Position numbers and translations under genes: made by a program. From assembly GCA_026708005.1 (NCBI GenBank), contig JAPOVR010000030.1, positions 6,933 to 70,932 of the forward strand: DNA of 64,000 bases, given 5' to 3'. Shown one piece after another: positions 56,163-64,000 of the stretch. Every line of letters begins with the position of its first letter. Within the stretch, counting starts at the first letter, position 1. This DNA comes from Actinomycetes bacterium. Lineage in GTDB: Bacteria > Actinomycetota > Thermoleophilia > Gaiellales > Gaiellaceae. The notes below the pieces were generated by a model, which saw only the letters and a program-made list of their open reading frames with translations, did not search any database and had not been told where the DNA came from.

Positions 56163-56193
56163 GGTTGACCTCCCCGGCAGTTGTCCTCGGCAG

Positions 56194-57030
56194 TCACTCG
56201 GCGTACTCGTAGAAGCCCCGCCCCGTCTTGCGGCCCAGCCAGCCTGCCTCCACGTACTGGCGCAGGAGCGGGCAGGGCCGGTACTTGGGGTCGCCGAGTC
56301 CCTCGTGCATGACCTCCATCACGGAGAGGCACGTGTCGAGACCGATCAGGTCGGCAAGCGAGAGGGGACCCAGCGGGTGGCGCATGCCGAGCTTCATCAC
56401 TTCGTCGATTGCCGCTGCGGTGCCGACGCCCTCCATGAGTGCAAAGACTGCCTCGTTGATCATCGGCATGAGGATGCGATTGCCGATGAAGCCGGGGAAG
56501 TCATTGGCCTCGACGGGCGTCTTGCCGAGCCGCTTGGCGAGCTTGATCGTCGCCTCCACGGTCGCGTCGCTCGTTCGCAGGCCGCGAATCACCTCGACGA
56601 GCGGGAGCATGGGCACCGGGTTCATGAAGTGCATCCCGATGAACAGCTCCGGCCGCCGCGTCGCCTGCGAGAGACGCGTGATCGGGATCGACGAGGTGTT
56701 CGTCGCGATGATCGCGCCCGAGGGGAGACGGTCGTCGAGCTCAGCGAGGACAGCGCGCTTGGCGGCTTCGTCCTCGGTCACAGCTTCGATGCCGCAGTCA
56801 GCGGCCCCATCGGGAACTGCCTGCGATGTCGTGATCTGCCCAAGCACGTCCTCGGCCGAGACACCACCCTTCTCGGCGAGCCTCGCCTGGCTCCTCTCGA
56901 TTGCGGCCAGGCCGCGGGCGAGCAGCTCCTCGCCGACATCGACCATTACCACCTCGAGCTCGGCCGCCGCGCACACCTGAGCGATGCCGCTGCCCATCTG
57001 GCCGGCCCCGACGACAACGACTCGATTCAT
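56194..57030 (-). CDS. hbd: 3-hydroxyacyl/3-hydroxybutyryl-CoA dehydrogenase
   Basis: MNRVVVVGAGQMGSGIAQV Rossmann motif plus a C-terminal 3HCDH domain. Start trimmed to ATG 57030. Confidence 0.85.
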   Translation of the reverse strand: MNRVVVVGAGQMGSGIAQVCAAAELEVVMVDVGEELLARGLAAIERSQARLAEKGGVSAEDVLGQITTSQAVPDGAADCGIEAVTEDEAAKRAVLAELDDRLPSGAIIATNTSSIPITRLSQATRRPELFIGMHFMNPVPMLPLVEVIRGLRTSDATVEATIKLAKRLGKTPVEANDFPGFIGNRILMPMINEAVFALMEGVGTAAAIDEVMKLGMRHPLGPLSLADLIGLDTCLSVMEVMHEGLGDPKYRPCPLLRQYVEAGWLGRKTGRGFYEYAE

Positions 57031-57099
57031 GCCCCGCTCCCTCGTCCCGGCTGACACCGTCCGCTCCCCTCCTGACGCATCGTGAGCAAACCCTTGCGC

Positions 57100-57275
57100 A
57101 GGCTCCCTACGCCTGTAGCCAATTCGTTCCGCCCCGGTTGCAGACCCGTGCACGATTCGCTACTACCGTCGAACGTGGGTGGTGGTCCGGGGTGGCCCCA
57201 GCGCGGCCCGCGGCCCTGCCCCTTCCGGACGGGTCCGATTGGGACACGGCGGGTTGGCGAGCCGATCGCGGCCCC
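57100..57275 (+). repeat. dispersed intergenic repeat, copy E (both modules)
   Basis: AATTCGTTCC...GTGCACGATTCGC (57121-57160) resembles module 2. 57182-57209 is 23/28 identical to 5545-5572 (GGGTGGTGG..GGGG-TGG-CCCC). Preceded by the CAAACCCTTGCGC motif (57089-). Confidence 0.6.
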
Positions 57276-57431
57276 CCCGCGGATGCCACGCTCGCAGCGC
57301 GCCTCGCTGACCCTCCCGGGACGAGGCAGCGCCGGCGACGTGCACGCTTCTCCGCTCGCTCCTGTCCTACCGCCTGTCCTTCCGCCGCAACGGACAGGAC
57401 GCCCTTGGCCCTCCTCACCTCTCGGCACTCC

Positions 57432-59020
57432 TCACGAGCAGCCCTCGAGAACCGGGGCCCTCAGTGCGCCTCGGCGAGGCTTGTCGCTCTCGGTCTTCGG
57501 AAGCTCGGTACAGGCGTGGAACGACCGCGGGGCGGCGTGCCAGCCAACCCGCTCGCCGACAAGCTGCCGCAGCTCACTATCGAGCTGCGGGCGATGGTCG
57601 GTGGCGAGGACAAGGTGAGCTGCGACGACCTCCCCCTTCCGTGAATCTGGCGCACCGACGCACGCCGCCTCCACGACCGCGGGATGCTCCATGAGCACGC
57701 CCTCGATCTCAACGGGGCCGACGTTGTAGCCGGCGGTCACGATCACATCATCGCTGCGCCCGACGTACCAGAACCTCCCGTCGACGTCGGTGCGCACTCG
57801 ATCCTCGGTCATCCACCAACGGTCCTCGAGCCGCTCTTGCCACTCCTCGTCACGGCCCCAGTACGTCGAGCTGAGGAACCAGCCCTCGTCACGCACTGCG
57901 AGCCGCCCCGTCTCACCCGGCGGCGCTGGGCGCCCGTCCGCATCGATGACCCGCACATCGAAGCCCGACACCGGCCACCCCATCGACCCGGCCACGGGCG
58001 CCCGAGCGTCGGGCCCGCGGCCGTTGGCGACGACCATGCCGAGCTCGGTGAGACCATAGCAGTCGTGAACGGTCAGGCCCACCGACTCCTCGAACCACCG
58101 AAGAGCCTCCGCATCGAGCGGCTCGCCGGCAGCGGTGAGCGCGCGGAGGCTGGCCGAGGGCCCCTCACGTGCCTCCGCGCCGGCGAGCGCCAGCTGCCGG
58201 AACCCGGTCGGCGCGCTCGCCAGGTGGGTCACACTGAGCTCGGCGATCGCCGTCCACCAGGCGCACGGGTCGAAGCCCCCCTCGTACAAGAGCCGCGAGT
58301 ACCCGAGCGCCATCGGTGCAAACCCGGTCGTGTAGAGGCCGAACGACCAGCCGGCATCCGCCGTCGAGAAGAGGAGGTCCTGGGAGGTGAGCCCGAGACA
58401 TCGCTCGACGAACGGCGCGAGGTTCACGACGGCGCGATGCGGGATGACGCAACCCTTCGGCCGACCGCTCGTACCCGACGTGTACATCACCGTGGCCGGA
58501 TCGGACAGCGTCGTCTCGGCATACCTGCCATCTGGACATCGCTCCTCAGCGAGATCATCGAACGCGAGCTCCCCATCGGTCGGCACACCGCCACGAGCGC
58601 AACTGTGCGGTCCTCCTCCACACTGGCGAGGCTCCGGCGGTTGGTGGGACCGGTCACGATGGCCACCGCGCCGCTGTCGGATAGCCGAATACGCAAGGCG
58701 TCGGTGCGAAAACCCGAGAAGAGCGGGACGTACACAGCCCCGAGCTGCCACGTTCCAAGGGGAACGGAAAAGGCCTCGGGCCGCCGGCCCATGAGACCTG
58801 CGACCCGATCGCCGCGCCTGACTCCGGCACTGCGCAGAACCGCTGCCGCGCGCCGGCCCCGCTCGTGCAGCTCATCGCCAGACAACACCGTGACCGAGCC
58901 GTCTTCGCGTCTCCAGACCAGCGCACGCCCGTGCGCAAGGGGCACACGCGCGGTGTTGAAGCGCCCGTCTCGATCAGCGCCGAGCCGTCGGGCCGCGCGG
59001 TCCCAATCCCAGGCGCTCAC
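57432..59020 (-). pseudogene. AMP-dependent acyl-CoA synthetase interrupted by a 1-nt frameshift near 58585-58597
   Basis: ORF 58487..59020(-) encodes the N-terminal part (...AVYVPLFSGFRTDALRIRLSDSGAVAIVTGP...EEDRTVALVA). ORF 57432..58751(-) continues in another frame with GVPTDGELAFDDL...VMYTSGTSGRPKGCVIPH... to the C-terminus. Either a genuine pseudogene or a sequencing error. Confidence 0.7.
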
Positions 59021-60501
59021 CGAATGAGTGGCAGCGGCGAAGGCGTCCTCGAGACAGCTGCCGGAAGCTCGACGTCCATCGCCTGGGCAACCGCCTCGAG
59101 CGCTGGCCCGAGATCAGCGTCGCGCAGCGTCTGCAGCAGCTGCGCTTGGAGCGACCCCTCCCCGTGCAGGGTGACGACGAGGTTGTAGCCGCCGTAGTCC
59201 GACGCGGTGAGGTCGCGAATGAGGTTGAACAAGCGCAGCCGCAGCTCCGCGTCTGTGCCGCGCGCTCCCTGAAGGTACTTGCGCACCCAGTCGCCGGTGT
59301 CCGGACTCTCGAGATCCGCCTCCCACGGCGCCGTGATGGCAAAGCCGCCGGCGATGTCCTGCACGACCTGAACGATCCCGTGGTAGTTGCTCGCGAAGTG
59401 GAGCTTCCCGACGTTCGAGTAGACGGGGTTGGGAAGCAGCAGCCCGCCCTCGACCGGCTGCGCCGACCGGGCAGCCTCGCGAACGCAGGCGCGCAGCTGC
59501 TCCCGGTAGGAGACGAGGCGCGCGATCTTCTCGCGGACGTGCGATGCACTGGAGGTTCCGTTGAGCTCGGCCGCCAGCACGGCGCATCCCAGCAGGAGCT
59601 CCGCCGCCGGCTGCTTGTACGCGATGGCGGTGAACCGATGGTAGGTCGCGAAGGTCAATGCCAGCGACGCGGCAAACCGCCACTCGCCCGCCATGAAGAC
59701 CCGGTCCCAGGGGACGAAGACCCGATCTAAGATCGTCAACGACTCGATCTCCACATTGCGGCTCGAGATCGGCCGATCGAACGTGCTGGCCGAGCTGTCA
59801 GGCAGCGGCCCGCAGATCATCCGCAACCCATCTGTCGCAATCGGGATCGCGAAGGCGACCGCATAGTCGGCGTCGGCCTCCCCCATCGCTCGCGTGGGCA
59901 GGACGATCAGCTCGTCGGCGACCGGCGCCATGGTCGTGTGCGCCTTCGCCCCTTGTACGACGATGCCGTCGGCTCGGCGCTCGACGATCCGCACGTGGAG
60001 GTCGGGGTCCTCCTGCTCGTGCGGCGCGAGGCTTCGATCGCCCTTGACGTCGGTCTGCGCGAGCACGATCGTGCGATCGCCGTGGGCGCACGCAGACCCG
60101 AACGCCTCGACGCGGGCCGCGTACTCGCTCCCCTCGGACCGATCGATCGCCGCGCTCACGCTCGTGAGGCCTGCCAGCGCATCCGTGCCGACCGCTTTCG
60201 TGAGGTTGAGGGACGCCCGGCCGCGGCGCGTGTGCTCCTCGATCAGCCGCGACCGACGCTCGATCGCCTCGACGGACGTCAGAGGCTCGAAGTACCGGCT
60301 GGCGACATCGCCGTCGAACTCGAAGGTGAACAGCTCGCGCGTGTCCGGGTCGGCGGCAAGCTCGAACACGTTGGCCGCATGGCCGATGGCGACCGCGAGG
60401 TCAGCGTGCTCCGTCACGTCGGGGACCCGCGTGCCTCGAACGTACACCTCGCGCGCGTCGCGCAGGCCCGCCCGAAACTCCTCAGCAGTGCGAAGCGCCA
60501 T
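59017..60501 (-). CDS. 4-hydroxybutyryl-CoA dehydratase / 4-hydroxyphenylacetate 3-monooxygenase (AbfD/HpaB) family flavoprotein
   Basis: 494 aa. MALRTAEEFRAGLRDAREVYVRGTRVPDVTEH... is the family-typical N-terminus. GGAGGTG Shine-Dalgarno. CoA-metabolism neighbours favour the AbfD-like role. Confidence 0.75.
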   Translation of the reverse strand: MALRTAEEFRAGLRDAREVYVRGTRVPDVTEHADLAVAIGHAANVFELAADPDTRELFTFEFDGDVASRYFEPLTSVEAIERRSRLIEEHTRRGRASLNLTKAVGTDALAGLTSVSAAIDRSEGSEYAARVEAFGSACAHGDRTIVLAQTDVKGDRSLAPHEQEDPDLHVRIVERRADGIVVQGAKAHTTMAPVADELIVLPTRAMGEADADYAVAFAIPIATDGLRMICGPLPDSSASTFDRPISSRNVEIESLTILDRVFVPWDRVFMAGEWRFAASLALTFATYHRFTAIAYKQPAAELLLGCAVLAAELNGTSSASHVREKIARLVSYREQLRACVREAARSAQPVEGGLLLPNPVYSNVGKLHFASNYHGIVQVVQDIAGGFAITAPWEADLESPDTGDWVRKYLQGARGTDAELRLRLFNLIRDLTASDYGGYNLVVTLHGEGSLQAQLLQTLRDADLGPALEAVAQAMDVELPAAVSRTPSPLPLIR

Positions 60502-60660
60502 CGCTCGTCACCTCCTCGGGATCGCTCGCCGGACTCGCCCGAGAGCGATGACGGGCTGCGGGCGTTGCGAGAGGCTCGGCCGCAACACTGCCCGCGGCGG
60601 CGGGTGTCTCCTCCTCGTCAGAGCGAAGCGCCGGAACGACCGGCACGAGCTCGGCGGCGC

Positions 60661-63144
60661 TCATGTCTGGGCCAGCACGCCGTTCGAGACCGTCGATCCG
60701 TCGAGCCCCTTGCCGTCAAGGCCCGGACGAACGAGCCGCGCCGGGCGCTTGAGGCCGGCGTCGTTGAACGGCGGGTTGATCGCATCCGACAGCGGGGCTG
60801 CCCCGAACGAGAGCGCCGTGCGGCTACGATCAGGCGTGCCGTACAGGGTCGTGCGCTGCCGAGGCGTGCGCCCTAGACCCGCGATCGCCGCCTCCAACCT
60901 CTCGGGAGGCATCTCCTGACCGTGGCTTGCCCCGGCCGCGCGCGAGATCGACTCGTTCATGAGCGTCCCGCCCAGGTCGTTCGCCCCCGCGGCCAGACAC
61001 GCCTGGGCACCGGCGATCCCCAGCTTGACCCAGGAAGCCTGGATGTTGGTGATGACGGGGTGCAGCGCCAGGCGAGCGACCGCGTGCATCAGCAGGGCCT
61101 CTCGGAAGGTCGGCCCTCGGCGGGCAGCGCCCTTCAGGTAGATCGGGGCCTCCATGTGCACGAAGGGCAGCGGCACGAACTCCGTGAAGCCACCCGAGCG
61201 CTGCTGCTGATCCCGGACGTGAAGGAGGTGGCGCGCCCAGCTCCGAGGCCCCTCGATCGCCCCGAACATGATCGTCGCGGTCGAGCGCAGACCAACCGCG
61301 TGCGCCGCGTCATGAACCTCGAGCCACTGCGCGGTGTTCACCTTGTCGGGGCACAGGTCTGCGCGAACGGCATCGTCGAGGATCTCAGCCGCCGTACCCG
61401 GCAGCGACGCGAGCCCGCTGTCGCGCAGGCGCGAGAGGTAGTCGTTGAGCGTGCTGCTCAGCGTCGCCGCGCCCTGCCACACCTCGAGCGCGGAGAACGC
61501 GTGAATGTGGAGCTCGGGGAGCTCGCTCGCGATGGCGCGCACGATCTCGAGGTAGTCATCGCCGGTGAACGCGGGGTGGATCCCCCCCTGGAGGCAGACC
61601 TCGACGGCGCCCCGCTCCCAGGCCTCGCGGGACCGGCGAACGATCTCGTCCGTTGGGACAAGGTAGGCGGGACCGCGGAGGTTCTCGGCCAGCTTTCCCT
61701 TCGAGAAGGCGCAGAAACCGCACCGGAAGTAGCAGACGTTCGTGTAGTTGATGTTCCTCGTGATCACGTACGTGACCTCATCGCCCGAGACCTCGCGCCG
61801 GAGATCGTCGGCCGCCCTGAGCACGGCCTGAAGGCCCGGGCCGCGAGCCTCGAACAGGTGGGTGACGTCGTCCTCATCGAGCGCAGCGCCGGCCTCGACC
61901 TTTGCGAGCGCCTGCTGCAGAGGCCGCTGGGTCCGCTGCCTGGCCCGCGTCGGGCGCCGTTTCGTCCACGGCGAGCTCGTCAGCTCGCGGGGCGCCTCCG
62001 CCTCTGCGCCCGCAGACCACGGCGCCTCGCGGCCGAGACCGGAAGCGTCAGCCCGCCGAAGCAGCGCGGTCGCAATGTGGGGCTCGGCCCAGCGGTCGAG
62101 ATCAGCGACGTACTCGGGGTAGACGGGAAGCCGCGGAGCGAGCGAGAGACCGCGCTGCTCCGTCTGCTCGCGAAGTACCGCAATCTGGGGCCACGGCGCC
62201 TCGGGATTGACGTGGTCGATGGTGATAGGCGAGACGCCTCCCCAGTCGTTGATCCCAGCGTCGAGCAGCCGCGGGAACCCGTCGAAGGAGAGGTTCGGTG
62301 GCACCTGGATATTCGCGGACGGCCCGAGGATGAGCCGGGCAGCCGCCGCGGTCCAGAGCAGATCATCGGCGGTGGGCTCGGGGTGCCCTTCCATCTTGGT
62401 GTCCGGCTTGGCTCGGAAGTTCTGCACGATGACTTCCTGGATGTGCCCATAGCGCTCGTGCAGGTCGCGGAGTGCGAGGAGCGCGTCGATGCGATCCGCG
62501 CGGCTCTCGCCGATGCCAATCAGGACGCCGCTCGTGAACGGCACGTTGAGCTCGCCGGCAAGCCGCAACGTCTCGAGCCGAACGGCGGGGTGCTTGTCGG
62601 GTGATCCGAAGTGCGGACCGCCCCGCTGCGACAGCTGCTCGGACGTGCTTTCGAGCATGATCCCCATCGAGGCCGACACGCGGCGGAGGGCGGCAAGGTC
62701 GTCGCGGCTCATCACTCCCGGGTTCAGGTGCGGGAGCAGGCCGGTTTCGCGGAGGACGAGCTCGGCGCACTCGGCCAGGTAGGAGAGCGTGGAGTCGTGT
62801 CCGAGCTCGCGAAGCTCCCGTCGCGCGACCTGGTAGCGAGCCTCCGGCTTGTCTCCGAGCGTGAAGAGGGCCTCGTGGCAACCCGCGTCGGCGCCGGCCC
62901 GCGCGAGGTCGAGGATCTCCGTATGGCTGAGGTATGCGCGCTGGCCTGGACGAGGTGGCTTGGCAAACGTGCAGTAGTGGCAGACATCGCGACACAGCAC
63001 GGTGAGCGGAATGAAGACCTTTGGTGAGTACGTGATCGTCGACCCATGACCTGCGTCGCGAAGCTCCTGAGCAGGCTCCAGCAGAGCCTCGCTCGGCTGC
63101 CTCACGAGGGCAAACGCATCGTCTCTGGCGAGTGGGGCTGGCAT
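60661..63144 (-). CDS. fbiC: FO synthase (fused CofG/CofH), F420 biosynthesis
   Basis: Two radical-SAM CxxxCxxC sites (CRDVCHYCTF and CYFRCGFCAF) in one about 827-aa protein. Start trimmed to ATG 63144. Confidence 0.9.
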   Translation of the reverse strand: MPAPLARDDAFALVRQPSEALLEPAQELRDAGHGSTITYSPKVFIPLTVLCRDVCHYCTFAKPPRPGQRAYLSHTEILDLARAGADAGCHEALFTLGDKPEARYQVARRELRELGHDSTLSYLAECAELVLRETGLLPHLNPGVMSRDDLAALRRVSASMGIMLESTSEQLSQRGGPHFGSPDKHPAVRLETLRLAGELNVPFTSGVLIGIGESRADRIDALLALRDLHERYGHIQEVIVQNFRAKPDTKMEGHPEPTADDLLWTAAAARLILGPSANIQVPPNLSFDGFPRLLDAGINDWGGVSPITIDHVNPEAPWPQIAVLREQTEQRGLSLAPRLPVYPEYVADLDRWAEPHIATALLRRADASGLGREAPWSAGAEAEAPRELTSSPWTKRRPTRARQRTQRPLQQALAKVEAGAALDEDDVTHLFEARGPGLQAVLRAADDLRREVSGDEVTYVITRNINYTNVCYFRCGFCAFSKGKLAENLRGPAYLVPTDEIVRRSREAWERGAVEVCLQGGIHPAFTGDDYLEIVRAIASELPELHIHAFSALEVWQGAATLSSTLNDYLSRLRDSGLASLPGTAAEILDDAVRADLCPDKVNTAQWLEVHDAAHAVGLRSTATIMFGAIEGPRSWARHLLHVRDQQQRSGGFTEFVPLPFVHMEAPIYLKGAARRGPTFREALLMHAVARLALHPVITNIQASWVKLGIAGAQACLAAGANDLGGTLMNESISRAAGASHGQEMPPERLEAAIAGLGRTPRQRTTLYGTPDRSRTALSFGAAPLSDAINPPFNDAGLKRPARLVRPGLDGKGLDGSTVSNGVLAQT

Positions 63145-63205
63145 GTCAGGCGTCGGTGCGACGGATGTGCATTCTGACGGATTCGCCCACTCGCTTGGAC
63201 CAACG

Positions 63206-63577
63206 TCAGCTGAGGCGCACGATGGCAACTCCGAGCGCGGCAGCAGCCAGCCCCGCAAGGACGCTGCCGAGCGTGTAGGCAACCGCAAGGCCGTAGGCGC
63301 CATCTTCCAGCAGCCGGTGCGTCTGGAGCGAGAACGTCGAGAACGTCGTGTACCCACCGAGCAGGCCAATCGCGAGGCTTGTGCGGAGCCAGCTGCTGAT
63401 CTCAATGCGCTCGGTCGTCACCGCGAACAGCACCCCGAGGAGGAGGGAGCCCGTGACGTTGGCCGTGAACGTCCCCCACGGAAACACCGTTCCCTCGCGG
63501 CCAAGCCAGCGCTCGAGACCGTAGCGGGCTGCCGCGCCCACACCGCCGAACAGGATCACGCCAAGGACGGTAGGCAT
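63206..63577 (-). CDS. crcB: fluoride ion channel CrcB/FluC
   Basis: 123 aa, four TM segments, FPWGTFTANVTGS and GGYTTFSTF motifs. Confidence 0.9.
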   Translation of the reverse strand: MPTVLGVILFGGVGAAARYGLERWLGREGTVFPWGTFTANVTGSLLLGVLFAVTTERIEISSWLRTSLAIGLLGGYTTFSTFSLQTHRLLEDGAYGLAVAYTLGSVLAGLAAAALGVAIVRLS

Positions 63578-63649
63578 CGAGATCGTCCTACACGCTAAGC
63601 GCCGGCTCGGATCACGCCGCCTGCCAGCCGCGGTATGCTGGCCGTTGCA

Positions 63650-63745
63650 AGCGAGACGGGGAGCTGCTTCCTAGCGGCTGAGAGAGGGCTGGTGAGCCCT
63701 GACCCGCAGAACCTGATCTGGGTAATGCCAGCGGAGGGAGTGCGA
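63650..63745 (+). promoter_or_regulatory. TPP (THI-box) riboswitch
   Basis: GACGGGGAGC...GCGGCUGAGAGAGGGCUGGUGAGCCCUGACCCGCAGAACCUGAUCUGGGUAAUGCCAGCGGAGGGAG aligns with the E. coli thiM aptamer core (GGGGUGC..GGCUGAGA..ACCC..ACCUGAUCUGGAUAAUGCCAGCGUAGGGA). Confidence 0.85.
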
Positions 63746-63794
63746 TGAGCATCACCAACGGACGATCTTCACCAGCCGGCCGCTCGGGGCGCAG

Positions 63795-64000
63795 GTGCTG
63801 AGCGGTACCGCAGGCTGGCTCCTGACCGTCGGGGCGCTCGTCGTCTTCGGCTGGATCGGCATTCGCGCCGGTAGTCGGCTGCGGCGCTCCGACGACGACA
63901 ACTACCTCACCGCGCGAGGCACTCAAGGGACGGTCGCGCTCGGACTGAACTTCTTCGCCTCGGTGCTCGGCGCCTGGATTCTCTTCGCGCCCCCCGAGGT
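63795..64000 (+). CDS. membrane transporter, N-terminal fragment (sodium:solute symporter-like; runs off window)
   Basis: Own translation from GTG 63795 gives VLSGTAGWLLTVGALVVFGWIGIRAGSRLRRSDDDNYLTARGTQGTVALGLNFFASVLGAWILFAPPEV. This is TM1, then a (D)Y-L-x-A-R-G box, then TM2, as in SSS-family N-termini. Sits downstream of the TPP riboswitch. Confidence 0.55.
   Translation, partial: MLSGTAGWLLTVGALVVFGWIGIRAGSRLRRSDDDNYLTARGTQGTVALGLNFFASVLGAWILFAPPE

Noticed and set aside
40038-62604. Other long shadow ORFs: 40038..41228(+), 41675..42640(+), 43169..44560(+), 48263..49189(+), 50683..51699(+), 53137..54891(+), 56305..57054(+), 57684..59027(+), 59894..60919(+), 60922..62604(+)
   Set aside because: Each lies opposite a confidently identified gene (htrA, mutase, hydantoinase, PrpD-like, ure genes, hbd, synthetase, AbfD-like, fbiC) and lacks recognisable domains.
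63578-63660. Fluoride (crcB-motif) riboswitch upstream of crcB
   Set aside because: The minus-strand leader (…GGCAGGCGGCGUGAUCCGAGCCGGCGCUUAGCGUGUAGGACGAUCUCG-AUG) lacks the conserved GGCGAUGG…AAC-GCC…CUGAUGA core. The spacer is only about 75 nt before the divergent TPP riboswitch. A cmsearch with RF01734 would settle it.
63612-63926. 104-aa minus-strand ORF
   Set aside because: Overlaps the TPP riboswitch and the transporter N-terminus in antisense, with no features.

Overview
Visibly high-GC, Actinomycetota-like chromosomal segment (F420 fbiC, PAC2, ZAS anti-sigma with SigR/H-type ECF sigma), densely packed with housekeeping and catabolic operons. In order: carB/carA (minus strand), divergent from an arginine operon argC-argJ-argB-[repeat]-argD-argR-argG-argH, then lysA. 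Next come an integrase remnant, then a COG0523 GTPase with a small CxxC protein, divergent from a PuuE-like deacetylase and an M20 amidohydrolase. Then an SF2 helicase, PAC2, ctaA, and a lipoprotein-selD pair. Then an acyl-CoA synthetase, two class-V aminotransferases, nadE and an M16 peptidase. Then FMN reductase, amidohydrolase, MocA-like transferase, ECF sigma/anti-sigma, HMA protein and HtrA. Then acyl-CoA mutase, fused hydantoinase/oxoprolinase, hydantoin racemase and a PrpD-like protein. Then a complete urease operon (ureAB-C-G-D-E ... F), and a DUF3830-like/hbd/frameshifted acyl-CoA synthetase/AbfD-HpaB-like cluster. Finally fbiC, crcB, and a TPP riboswitch in front of a partial SSS-type transporter. 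I found no rRNA, tRNA, CRISPR array or intact mobile element. The most unusual property is non-coding. About 7.7 kb (about 12%) of the window is GC-rich intergenic islands of 0.3-1.2 kb. These carry a dispersed composite repeat family (at least 8 loci, both orientations, twice inside operons). The family has a hairpin showing compensatory changes between copies, and it sits among degenerate ~45-65 nt periodic repeats. I do not recognise this family. It is my best candidate for something undescribed, but I cannot assign a function from sequence alone. Many long ORFs in the track are antisense shadow ORFs typical of high-GC DNA and were not called.
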